A stretch of DNA of 32,000 nucleotides from Acholeplasma laidlawii PG-8A (lineage in GTDB: Bacteria; Bacillota_I; Bacilli_A; Acholeplasmatales; Acholeplasmataceae): assembly GCF_000018785.1 (NCBI RefSeq), contig NC_010163.1:240001-272000 (forward strand), given 5' to 3'. The translations under genes and the position numbers were made by a program. The number at the start of each line of letters is the position of its first letter. The stretch's first letter is position 1. Shown piece by piece: positions 18,936 through 29,000 of the stretch. The notes under the pieces are model-generated. The model was not told the origin of the DNA, made no database searches, and saw nothing but the letters and a program-made list of their open reading frames with translations.

Positions 18936-19538
18936 ATGAAGAAAATATTATTAATGATATTACTTTCATTTACACTGGTACTTGTAGCATGTACTGGTGA
19001 TAACGAAGGTGATAAGGATAATGAGCCAACAGCTCAAGAAATTTTTGATCGAAAATTCGAGTTTTTAGAAGCGAATAACTATGATCTAGAAATTAAAATT
19101 AGAGATCATCAAACACTATTAGATACAGTGGTTCAAATGTCTTTTGATGGTACTAAAATCAGATATGTAGATGCAGATTATATAGCATATTATGATAACT
19201 CTGGTGCTAAATCAAAGATGTATGTGAAACAAGGCGATGAATATGTTGTAAGTGAATCAAATTTCAAATCTTCAAGTTTATTATATTATGGATTTGAATT
19301 TGACCAGTTTGATGCTAATGGGGATACGATGTTTATTATGAAGTCTGACCAATACAGTACACTTGATTCATTTATTGGATTAGAAGATGGTGTGACAAGT
19401 ATTTCTAGTCTTCAAGTTAGAGTGGATGAAAATCATTTAACACAAGTAATATTTGATATCACAGTCGGTGAAACTGTATATTTAGTGACATTAACTATCT
19501 CAAATATCGGACAAGTTTCACTTGTCTTACCGGCATAA
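18936..19538 (+). CDS. Putative lipoprotein of unknown function
   Basis: ORF 200 aa; signal peptide with lipobox LVLVACTG; adjacent to and co-directional with the phosphodiester glycosidase gene. Confidence 0.7.
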   Translation: MKKILLMILLSFTLVLVACTGDNEGDKDNEPTAQEIFDRKFEFLEANNYDLEIKIRDHQTLLDTVVQMSFDGTKIRYVDADYIAYYDNSGAKSKMYVKQGDEYVVSESNFKSSSLLYYGFEFDQFDANGDTMFIMKSDQYSTLDSFIGLEDGVTSISSLQVRVDENHLTQVIFDITVGETVYLVTLTISNIGQVSLVLPA

Positions 19539-19554
19539 GTAGGGGGCTAACTAT

Positions 19555-21117
19555 ATGAAAAAAATATTAATCACAATATTTGTATCTATCATGCTTATTT
19601 TATCTTTTACACCAAGTACTCAAGCTCAAGAACTTTTCAGATTTGAGCACCAACTTAGTGAAAGAAGATATGTAGATGGTATCGAACACATTAAACGTGT
19701 AGGTACGATGACTTATGGTGAAGAAGTCACTTCACAACATTATAACTATTTAGGGGTTAACGTTAAAACAACTGATTATAATATCATAGCTAGTGATAAC
19801 TATAGACCTTATGAATGGGGTATGTCTAATTTAGTTGCACATATTGAAACTGCTAAACAAAGATTTCCTCATCTAGATTTTGTTGGTGGTGTTAATGGTG
19901 ACTTTTATGATATCAATAATACCGGCCGTGCATCTAATACACATATTGTAAATTTTGAAGTTAAGCACCGTGGACCAACGAATGGACGAAATGCAGTAGG
20001 GTTTACAGATGATGGCGATATGGTTTATGGCACCCCATCATTTTTAGGGCAACATTTAAACATATTAAATGAATATAAAGAACTTAAGATGAGATTAAAG
20101 ATTGATCGTATCAATCAATTACCTCAAAATGATTTAGAAATCGCTATTTTCCACCAAAACTATGCATCAGAAATTCCTGCTGATTTTCATAAAGTGATCA
20201 TTAACGCTAGTGATTTAAAATCAGATGCAAGTGGTAACATCAACTATTCTAAAGGGGTCTTAGATTCAAAAACAACTGATGCTCATACAATGGAAGAAAA
20301 GACTTTTGTTTTAGTGGGTAAGGCATTCCAAGATGATAACTTAATTACCAGTTCAGATACCATCTTAGTTCAAGAACTATTAGGAAATGGTTTTGAAAAT
20401 GTTAGAAACGCTATTGGAACCGGCCAATTACTCGTTAAAGATGGTGCTGTACAACATGCAGCATTTAAGAGTTTACCAAGTAATAATATGGCACACTTTA
20501 GACACCCTAGAACAGCTATCGGCCAAAAAGCCGATGGTACAGTATTCTTTATTGTAGTTGATGGTAGAGATGCTTTATCAGGTAAATACGGTGTTAAATA
20601 TAGCGAATTAGGTGAACTCATGAAAATGCATGGTGCTGTCACTGCCTTTAACTTAGATGGTGGTGGTTCATCAACCATGTTACTAAGAAATAGTGAAACA
20701 GGTGAGTATGAGGGATTAAACACATTCTCTGATGGTCATATGCGTTCAATTTCAAACGGTTTACTATTTGCAAGAGGAGACCTTGAACCTGTATTTGTAG
20801 AAATACCTTACCCAGATACAAGAACTCCATTTGAAGCACCAACTGGATTATTTATAGATTCTGAAGGTGTATTCCACTTTACTGGTAATAGTGAACATAT
20901 GGAATATGTGTTAAAAATCAATGGTAGAGAACAATATTTAACAAAAGAAACAATTTCTTTACTACTTGCACCTGGGCAACATGAAATTCAAGTTCGTGTT
21001 AAAGGTAATGCTGAATATTCTACCTCACCATTTAGTGAATCTTACACATACAATGTACACAAAAATGATGTAAAAATCATTCTTGATCTCATTAGAAACA
21101 TTGCTCAAGGTAATTAA
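19555..21117 (+). CDS. Secreted phosphodiester glycosidase family protein (NAGPA-like/DUF2233) with C-terminal Fn3-like domain
   Basis: ORF 520 aa; signal peptide ending TQAQ; GGVNGDFYDI, HPRTAIGQKADGTVFFIVVDGR, GAVTAFNLDGGGSSTM motifs. Confidence 0.82.
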   Translation: MKKILITIFVSIMLILSFTPSTQAQELFRFEHQLSERRYVDGIEHIKRVGTMTYGEEVTSQHYNYLGVNVKTTDYNIIASDNYRPYEWGMSNLVAHIETAKQRFPHLDFVGGVNGDFYDINNTGRASNTHIVNFEVKHRGPTNGRNAVGFTDDGDMVYGTPSFLGQHLNILNEYKELKMRLKIDRINQLPQNDLEIAIFHQNYASEIPADFHKVIINASDLKSDASGNINYSKGVLDSKTTDAHTMEEKTFVLVGKAFQDDNLITSSDTILVQELLGNGFENVRNAIGTGQLLVKDGAVQHAAFKSLPSNNMAHFRHPRTAIGQKADGTVFFIVVDGRDALSGKYGVKYSELGELMKMHGAVTAFNLDGGGSSTMLLRNSETGEYEGLNTFSDGHMRSISNGLLFARGDLEPVFVEIPYPDTRTPFEAPTGLFIDSEGVFHFTGNSEHMEYVLKINGREQYLTKETISLLLAPGQHEIQVRVKGNAEYSTSPFSESYTYNVHKNDVKIILDLIRNIAQGN

Positions 21118-21212
21118 TATTAGGCATAAAAACATATTAATATTTAAACCTATCTATGCTACACTTATGCAGTAAACTATTTAAAATTTTATCTTTAAAC
21201 ATATATGATGAA

Positions 21213-21296
21213 TGAAACCGTTAAACCTCACACAACCGCCTCTTAAATATCATTTAGAAGAAAAAAGTGAATGTGTGATTAATAAAAACGGTTTCA
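21213..21296. promoter_or_regulatory. Candidate RpiR/MurR-type operator: widely spaced inverted repeat upstream of the regulator gene
   Basis: TGAAACCGTT at 21213-21222 and its exact reverse complement AACGGTTTCA at 21287-21296; the second arm lies just upstream of a TATAAT at 21304-21309. Confidence 0.55.
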
Positions 21297-21343
21297 CTCA
21301 TGTTATAATATAGATGAGGAAGATAAATGAGGTGTAGTGATAA

Positions 21344-22189
21344 ATGAGTGTAATGTTAAACATGCTGAAAAATAAAGAAGCACTAAGTATGGCTGAACGT
21401 ATTGTTCTTGATTATTTAATTGAGAATAAGACGTTGCTCAAAGATTTTAGCGTGGAGAAAATTGCAGAGGCGGCTTACACATCCCCGGCATCGGTTGTAA
21501 GAATGTGTAAAAAGTTAGGTTATAATGGTTTTAAAGACTTTAAAATCGATTTTATTCTTGCAAACTCTAAAGTAGAGATTCCTGAAACAAGTGAATACAC
21601 TGACGTTATTTTAATTAAAGATCAAAACAATGGAAAAAAGGCAATTGAAAATAATATTCGAGCACTAGAAGAAACCATTAATCTATATGATGAAAAAACG
21701 TATACCAAAGCTGCATCCTTAATTATGAATGCTAGAAAAATCTTAATCTTTGGTAAAGGATCAAGTTTCTTAGTATGTAAAGACTTAGAAATGAAATTAA
21801 GACGTATTAATAAATTTTGTGTGGCACAAGGTGAATCACATGACCAATTTGTGGATGCATCCTTTATTAATAATAAAGACGTCGTAATTTTCATATCAAA
21901 CTCTGGTAAAACTAAAGAAATTATTTCCTCAGCATTACTTGCTAAAGAAAATAAAACACCAATTATTAGTATCACAAGAATTGGTTCAAGCATCCTTGCC
22001 GACATTTCGGATGTTGTGTTATACACTTCAGCATTAGAATCAGAATTTAGAAGTGCTGCGATGACTTCACGTATTTCTCAGATGTCCGTGGTGGATGCAC
22101 TTTATGCAAAATGTGCATACACAGATATAGATCGTTCGATTCAAGCACTTGAGACAACATATAGAACAATTAAAAAATTTAAAAGATAA
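21344..22189 (+). CDS. MurR/RpiR family transcriptional regulator (HTH + SIS domain)
   Basis: ORF 281 aa; N-terminal HTH_6 (AEAAYTSPASVVRMCKKLGYNGFKDFKIDF), C-terminal SIS domain (ILIFGKGSSFLVCKD, VVIFISNSGKTKEIISSA). Confidence 0.9.
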   Translation: MSVMLNMLKNKEALSMAERIVLDYLIENKTLLKDFSVEKIAEAAYTSPASVVRMCKKLGYNGFKDFKIDFILANSKVEIPETSEYTDVILIKDQNNGKKAIENNIRALEETINLYDEKTYTKAASLIMNARKILIFGKGSSFLVCKDLEMKLRRINKFCVAQGESHDQFVDASFINNKDVVIFISNSGKTKEIISSALLAKENKTPIISITRIGSSILADISDVVLYTSALESEFRSAAMTSRISQMSVVDALYAKCAYTDIDRSIQALETTYRTIKKFKR

Positions 22190-22198
22190 TTCAAATGA

Positions 22199-22229
22199 GG
22201 GCACCTATAAAATAGGTGCCCTTTTTTTG
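22199..22229 (+). terminator. Terminator after the rpiR-like gene
   Basis: GGGCACCTAT (22199-22208) AAA ATAGGTGCCC (22212-22221) then TTTTTTT. Confidence 0.9.
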
Positions 22230-22281
22230 AAAACATTTTTCTAAGTGTGAAAGAATCTAACGAAATTAAGCGCTTACAAAA

Positions 22282-22303
22282 ATATAGTAAGACTTTACTA
22301 TAT
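22282..22303. promoter_or_regulatory. Perfect 22-bp inverted repeat overlapping the probable anmK -10 region (candidate operator)
   Basis: ATATAGTAA GACT TTACTATAT, immediately overlapping TATAAT at 22301-22306. Confidence 0.5.
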
Positions 22304-22335
22304 AATGAAAACGTAACCAAAATACGAGGTGGCAT

Positions 22336-23484
22336 ATGAACCAATCGAAACTTGCTTGCGGTATTATGAGTGGTACATCATTAGATGGTATAGATGTTGC
22401 AATAGCAACAATTTCAGGTACTGGTCTTAATACAAAAATTGAACTCATCGTAGCAGAAACTTTTCCTTATCCCAAGGATATCTTAGAGAAAGTGAAACTG
22501 GCTATTGATAATGAACTAAGGGTAAGAGACGTATCGAGTCTCAATTTTGAACTTGGTAGACTTTATGCAGACTGTGTGATTAAGTTATGTAAAGACAACA
22601 AGCTAAGTCCTTCAAGTTTGAGTTTTATCGCATCGCATGGACAAACTGTCTACCACCAAGGTGCTACACAAGATGGAAGTAATCCAAACACACTTCAATT
22701 AGGTAGTGGATCTGTGATTGCAGGGTTAACCCAAACAACTGTCGTCTCTGACTTTAGAGTAGCAGATATGATTGCAGGTGGCCAAGGGGCACCCCTTGTT
22801 CCTTTTGTAGATTATATTTTACTATCAAATAAAGATAAAACACGTATCATTCAAAATATTGGAGGTATCTCTAATATTACAGTATTACCAAAGACTCAAC
22901 ATGAAAAAGATGTATACGCCTTTGATACAGGTCCAGGTAATATGATGATTAATTATGCGATGGAATATTTCTTTAATAAACCTTATGATGCATTCGGCGA
23001 GACTGCTAAAAAAGGAAACCTTATTAAGGCATTATATGATGAAATACTTCAACACCCATTCTTAAAACTACAACCACCTAAATCATGTGGTAGAGAAGAA
23101 TTTGGTGTGAGTTTCACAAAAGAGTTAATAAAAAGATATCATAATCATACAAGAGAAGACATCTTACATACACTCACCGTAGCGACAGCAGACACGATGG
23201 TTAAAGCTATAGAACAATTTGTTTTAAATAAACACGAAGTAGATGAACTGATTATTTCCGGTGGTGGTGTTCATAACACCTTTATGATGGATCAATTAAA
23301 GAAAAAACTACACCCAATACACGTCTTATCCACAGATGATATTGGTTTGTCAAGTGATTTTAAAGAGGCTCTAGCATTTATTGTTTTAGCCAATCAAACA
23401 ATGTATCAAGAACCGTCCAATCTACCTACAGCAACTGGTGCAAAAAAAGCTGTCGTACTTGGTAATGTTTCTTACTACAGATAA
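22336..23484 (+). CDS. anmK: Anhydro-N-acetylmuramic acid kinase
   Basis: ORF 382 aa; GIMSGTSLDGIDVAI, IASHGQTVYH, QNIGGISNITVLP, FDTGPGNMMIN, ISGGGVHNTFMM. Confidence 0.93.
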   Translation: MNQSKLACGIMSGTSLDGIDVAIATISGTGLNTKIELIVAETFPYPKDILEKVKLAIDNELRVRDVSSLNFELGRLYADCVIKLCKDNKLSPSSLSFIASHGQTVYHQGATQDGSNPNTLQLGSGSVIAGLTQTTVVSDFRVADMIAGGQGAPLVPFVDYILLSNKDKTRIIQNIGGISNITVLPKTQHEKDVYAFDTGPGNMMINYAMEYFFNKPYDAFGETAKKGNLIKALYDEILQHPFLKLQPPKSCGREEFGVSFTKELIKRYHNHTREDILHTLTVATADTMVKAIEQFVLNKHEVDELIISGGGVHNTFMMDQLKKKLHPIHVLSTDDIGLSSDFKEALAFIVLANQTMYQEPSNLPTATGAKKAVVLGNVSYYR

Positions 23485-23499
23485 AAAAAGGGGCTAAAC

Positions 23500-24798
23500 A
23501 TGAATAAAAAATTAAAATTAGTAATTATTGGTGCAGGATCAAGTTACACACCAGAATTATTTAAACACATCATATTAAACTATGAAGATTTAAAAGTAAC
23601 TGAGATTGCACTAGTTGATTTAGAGGATAATCAAAACAGATTAAACATTATAAATGATTTTGCACACAGAATGTTTAAGAAGCATAATATTTCAATGGCT
23701 ATTTCTCAATCAATAAATAGAAGAGAAGCTTTAGTTGATGCAGACTTTGTACTTATTCAAATTAGAGTGGGACGTATGGAAGCAAGGTACTTCGATGAAA
23801 CTGTTCCTGCACAATTTGAAATGTTAGGACATGAAGCAATTGGTATCGGAGGGATGTTTAATGCACTAAGAACTATCCCAGTAATCTATAAAATTATTGA
23901 AGATATTAAAGAACTTGCACCTAAGGCATGGGTTATTAATATTAGTAATCCTACTGGAATCATTAGTGAAGCAGTATTTAGATTTGCAGAGTTTGAACGC
24001 TACATGGGGTTATCAAGTAGTCCAAATCAAGCAACAAAAAGTATCATTGAAAAATTAGGTGCAAAACCTTCTGAAGTTGTGCCTTATTTTGCGGGATTAA
24101 GTGAATTATCATTTATCTCAAAAATATATCATAAGAGTAAAGATAAACTGCCTAAACTATTAGAAGAAGACTTTTGTCCATCTAAAAGATTTATGGCACC
24201 TGAAAACCTAAAACAGCTTAAATTATACCCGCATCCAAACTTAAAGGTCTATTATCAATATGATATTGCAGTACCTGAGTTTTTAGAACATATTAGAAAT
24301 AATCAGATACGTACAAATGAAGTTATTCAAATAGATGAAGAATTATTTAAACAATATAGTGACCCTTCAGTAGGTGAAGTACCTAAAGATATTGAGAAAA
24401 GATTAGGTCATGATTATGCAGAAACAGCGATCCAAATCATTGATTCTATGGTGAATAATAAAAAGAACTATCACGTCATTAATACAGTCAATCGTGGCCA
24501 TATTGTAGGAATTCCAGATGAAACATCTATAGAAATCACTTCACGTATTACAAATAAGGGTCCGATTCCGGTCCATATTGGTGAACTACCACTCCAAATA
24601 CGTGGTATCGTTCAACATCTAAAAGCTTATGAAGAATTATTATGTGATGCGATATATGAAAAGAATTTGAATAAAGCATTACTTGCATATCAGGTACATC
24701 CTTTATCTAAATCATTTATTACAACTAAACATGCATTTGATGCATTATATGAAAAACATAAAAACTTACTAACATACTATGGAGCGTACAACAAATGA
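23500..24798 (+). CDS. Glycoside hydrolase family 4 (6-phospho-beta-glucosidase-like) protein with altered metal-site residues
   Basis: ORF 432 aa; NAD-binding IIGAGSSYTPEL, IRVGRMEARYFDE, GIGGMFNALRTIPV, NISNPTGIISEAV; the expected GLCN is GLSS and the expected GLNH is GLSE. Confidence 0.85.
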   Translation: MNKKLKLVIIGAGSSYTPELFKHIILNYEDLKVTEIALVDLEDNQNRLNIINDFAHRMFKKHNISMAISQSINRREALVDADFVLIQIRVGRMEARYFDETVPAQFEMLGHEAIGIGGMFNALRTIPVIYKIIEDIKELAPKAWVINISNPTGIISEAVFRFAEFERYMGLSSSPNQATKSIIEKLGAKPSEVVPYFAGLSELSFISKIYHKSKDKLPKLLEEDFCPSKRFMAPENLKQLKLYPHPNLKVYYQYDIAVPEFLEHIRNNQIRTNEVIQIDEELFKQYSDPSVGEVPKDIEKRLGHDYAETAIQIIDSMVNNKKNYHVINTVNRGHIVGIPDETSIEITSRITNKGPIPVHIGELPLQIRGIVQHLKAYEELLCDAIYEKNLNKALLAYQVHPLSKSFITTKHAFDALYEKHKNLLTYYGAYNK

Positions 24799-26009
24799 AA
24801 CTAAACTATTTTGGAACTGATAAACCACTGAATTACTTTAATACAGATAAACAAGTCGTGATACCTGAAAAATTTAACTTAAAACCATTTAGAGCATTTT
24901 GGATATCTAATGTCTTAAATATTGATTTACCAAATATGAAAGATCCATCTTATAAAGATAAAGTCATAGAAATGCTAGACACCGCTAAAGCATATAACAT
25001 GACAGCAATCTTTTTTCAAGTGCGTACAACAAATGATGCTTTCTATAAATCCAAGTTAAATCCATATTCTAGATTCTTAACTGGAAAAGAAGGGGAAGTA
25101 CCTTTATTTGATGTATTAGAGTTTGTTATTAAGGAAGCTAAAAATAGAAGTTTAGAAGTTCATGCTTGGTGTAATCCATATCGCGTAAGTATGAAAACTG
25201 ATATGACTAAGTCTGAGTATTTAAGTACACTGGATGATTTAAACTTTGCTAAAAGACATCCAGAGTTTGTGATAACTGATAAAAATGGTCAACTTATCTT
25301 AAACCCTGCAAAAGAAGAGGTGAAAACTTTCATTATCGATTCTATGCTAGAAATTGCAGACAACTATGATGTAGATGGTATTCACTTTGATGATTACTTC
25401 TATCCATATGCAGGTTTAAGCGATAGCGATAATGATGCATCTGATTTTGAACAAAGAACAGATAAATCACTAACTCTAGGAGATTTTAGAAGAAATCAAA
25501 TTACGGATGTTATAAGAAACTTAAACAAAGCATTAAAAGAAAAACATCCTAATTTAAGATTTGGAGTATCTCCATTTGGTATATGGAAAACTAAAAAAAG
25601 TGATGAATTAGGTTCTAATGTAGATCCACAATGCAGTCAATCTTATGATAATCAATATGCAGATAGCTATTTATGGATAAAAGAAGGCATAATTGACTAC
25701 ATCGTACCACAACTTTACTGGGATTTTGAGCATAAACTAGCACCATTTGCTGATTTGGCTTTATGGTGGGCAGAGGTATGTAAAGGTTCTAATGTGGATT
25801 TATATATTGGTCATGGTCCATATAGATATGGTGAAAAAGGTGGATATGAAAATCCATATGAAGTCGTAAATCAGCTTAAATTTGCTAATCAATTTGATAA
25901 TGTAGTTGGTAATGTATTCTTTACTTACAAGACATTTATCGATGAAACAAAACAACAACAAGGTATGCATCTTGTTAAAAAATTACTGAATGGAAGTGAG
26001 GATGTTTAA
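24795..26009 (+). CDS. GHL10-type (family 10-like) glycosyl hydrolase, no signal peptide visible
   Basis: ORF 404 aa; FRAFWISNVLNIDLP, FFQVRTTNDAFYKS, LEVHAWCNPYRV, VDGIHFDDYFYPY, FGVSPFGIW, DYIVPQLYWDF; ATGA overlap with the upstream gene. Confidence 0.85.
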   Translation: MKLNYFGTDKPLNYFNTDKQVVIPEKFNLKPFRAFWISNVLNIDLPNMKDPSYKDKVIEMLDTAKAYNMTAIFFQVRTTNDAFYKSKLNPYSRFLTGKEGEVPLFDVLEFVIKEAKNRSLEVHAWCNPYRVSMKTDMTKSEYLSTLDDLNFAKRHPEFVITDKNGQLILNPAKEEVKTFIIDSMLEIADNYDVDGIHFDDYFYPYAGLSDSDNDASDFEQRTDKSLTLGDFRRNQITDVIRNLNKALKEKHPNLRFGVSPFGIWKTKKSDELGSNVDPQCSQSYDNQYADSYLWIKEGIIDYIVPQLYWDFEHKLAPFADLALWWAEVCKGSNVDLYIGHGPYRYGEKGGYENPYEVVNQLKFANQFDNVVGNVFFTYKTFIDETKQQQGMHLVKKLLNGSEDV

Positions 26010-29000
26010 TGAAGAAAGTAATTTTACTATTATTAACACTCGTATTAACATTAACTTTAATACCGACAAACGAAGCACATGCTTATCCAGAACCTGAGGT
26101 TCTAACTTCACCTGGTGAATTTAGAGCAACCTGGATAACCCATTTTATTGGTAGTATGCCTGCATACTCAACAGAACAAGATTTTAAAAGTGAAGTAAAC
26201 TCCATATTAAATAATATGGAAGCGAATAATTTAAATGTCGCAATCGTACATTTTAGAACACATAATAATGCACTTTATAAATCTGAAATTAACCCAGTTG
26301 CAAGTTGGTTTGCAACAGTAGACTTTGATGTCTTTGATCCAATGGCTTACTTTATTGAAGAAGCACACAAAAGAGGGATTGAATTTCATGCATGGTTAAA
26401 CCCTTACCGTGTACTTTCTACGTATCAAAGAGGTACCATTCCGGCAAGTAACCCACAAAGTAACCCTGCAAACCTTTTATCAAACAAGGAAGGTACTGCA
26501 CACATTTTAAACCCTGCATTACCAGTAGTACGTGAGCACGTTGTAAATACGATATTAGAAATTATTGAAAACTATAATGTGGACGCAATCCACTTTGATG
26601 ATTATTTCTACATGGAAATGAACAACGGTGGTATTTTAAATGACCCAGACCAAGCTTTATTTTTATCCAATCCATTAGGTCAACCAAATACTGTTGCTGG
26701 CAAAAGTAACTGGAGACGTACTCAAATTAACACTTTCATTGAACAGGCATCTCAAGCTATTAAAGACTTTAACCAAGCCAATAATCGCTATGTTCAGTTT
26801 GGGATATCTCCAACAGGTATTTATAGAAATGGTGATGGTGAAGTTACCTATGACCAAGACGGAAAACCTATTACAAATGGTTCGAAAACACAAGGTCAAG
26901 AACACTATGCATCTTATTTATTTGCTGATACAGTGCACTGGATTAGTGAAGGTTGGTTAGATTATATTCTTCCTCAAAGTTATTGGGCGAGTACCCATTC
27001 ACTTGCAGGATTTGATAAAGTCATGGGATGGTGGGATAAAGTTGTAAGATACTTAGATGTTAATCTATATTCAGGCATTGGACTTTACCTTGCAGATGCA
27101 GGCATTGCTTCAAACGTCTATTCATGGCGTGATAATCCAGAAGAATTTAGTAATCAAATGGAATTTTTACATTCTTTAGAATCAAATCAAGGATTTTCAA
27201 TTTATTCTTATAACATGATAAGAGATGCAGGTTTAAACTTTAATAGACCTTCACAAGCAAACCTATTTAATGCAAGAGATGATCATTTTCAAACAAAAAC
27301 TGTTTTACCACCATTAAAAAGTATGACACCGGTGCATCTGCCTGCTGTTTCAAATGTGATACATAATCCTGCAAATGGGTTATTAACGTTTGATGCACAG
27401 AGTGATGCTAAATTCTACTATATCTATAAATCCAGTAATCCATTAAACTATGTGGATGCTGAAATTATTGATGTTATACCAAATGATGGTCAAACTACAA
27501 TTACTTGGAATTCTAATGACACATCCACTACAAACAATTATGGTGTACGTTCTATTTCTTATACCAATCATTTAAGTCCTGCATTTGAAAGCAGTATAGA
27601 CGCACCATCGCATGAGTTTACTGGTACATTTGATGGTGTTAGATTTACATCACAAGTAGAACTAGAACTTAGTAGTGCGTATGATATCTTTTATAGTTTA
27701 GACGGTAATACATGGGAAAGTTATACAACGCCTATTCGTATTATCACAAATGGCCTAAATACAATCTACTATAAAGCAGTGGATAATTTAGACAATGAAT
27801 CTTTCGTAAAAGTTTTAAATTTCTATACGGAAATTAAAAATGAAGTACTACCAACAATTGCAATTAATGGTACACCATCTGGTACAAGTTACTTAGTAGG
27901 TACTAAAATTGAGATAACATCACCTGAGCATAATATTTGGGTCAAGATAAATCATGGCAGTCCAGGTACTTGGGTACCGTACGAGGGTCCTATCACTTTA
28001 ACATCAACAGGTAATTATGCAGTATTTGCTAAAACAATTGATGATGGTGGTATTGAATCTGCTGAAATTCAACAAAATTTACGTATTGTCTCAAGTTACA
28101 CTACACCAACACTTGAAATAGCAGGTGATGGTGTAGATCCAAACTATGACTGGTTAGAAATTACCATTAACTTCGATCAAAATGCACCCGAACCAAGATA
28201 TCGAATGAATGGAGGAGCTTGGATACAATATGTAGAACCGATTTTATTTGAACAAGTTGGTCATTATACTATGGAATATCGTAATGGACCACTAGAGCCA
28301 ATATATAGTAAAACGTTTAACATTGTAGAAGGTCCAGGAGAAGTTACTGTTGACATTGAAGGTAACTTAGTGGAAGGTACATATATTGGACCTGTCACAG
28401 TTACTTTAACGCCTAATCAATCAACAGATAAAATAGAATATAGATTATATAATGGTCAAAATTGGACTGCATGGTCTAATTACACATCACCAATTGAGAT
28501 TGCTACAACAGCAAATCATAGAGTGGCTTACCGAGTAACATCTCAATCAGGTATAGTTTCTGATGATGTAGAAATTAGAGTACCAGTATCTATTCCAATT
28601 ACCGAAGACAATCCATTCGTCATTAGAAATGGACAAAATGTCTATTACTATCAAACAAATACACCGGTTGCACTACCAACAACATACACAGAAAAAGATA
28701 AAGAAATACGTGCTGTTTGGGTTGCTACTGTAGCGAATATTGATATCACACAGTATGATAATGAAGCAAACTACAAGAACCAAATTATTAGTATACTAGA
28801 ACGTATGAAAGAACTTAAATTCAATACGATGTTCTTCCAAACAAGACCAATGAATGATTCATTCTATCCATCTGAATATGCACCAATGTCAAGATTCTTA
28901 TCTGGTACAGAAGGTGTAGGCGTAGGTTGGGATGTCTTAGAATTCTTAATTACTGAAGCACATGCACGTGGCATAGAAGTCCACGCATGGATGAATCCTT

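Noticed and set aside
20370-20723. 117-aa minus-strand ORF
   Set aside because: Antisense to the conserved NAGPA-like coding sequence
21622-22026. 134-aa minus-strand ORF
   Set aside because: Antisense to the RpiR-like gene SIS domain; shadow ORF
26675-26960. Overlapping small ORFs inside the large GHL10 gene (26675..26905, 26694..26960) and 29391..29582
   Set aside because: Out-of-frame readings of a well-supported 1328-aa CDS
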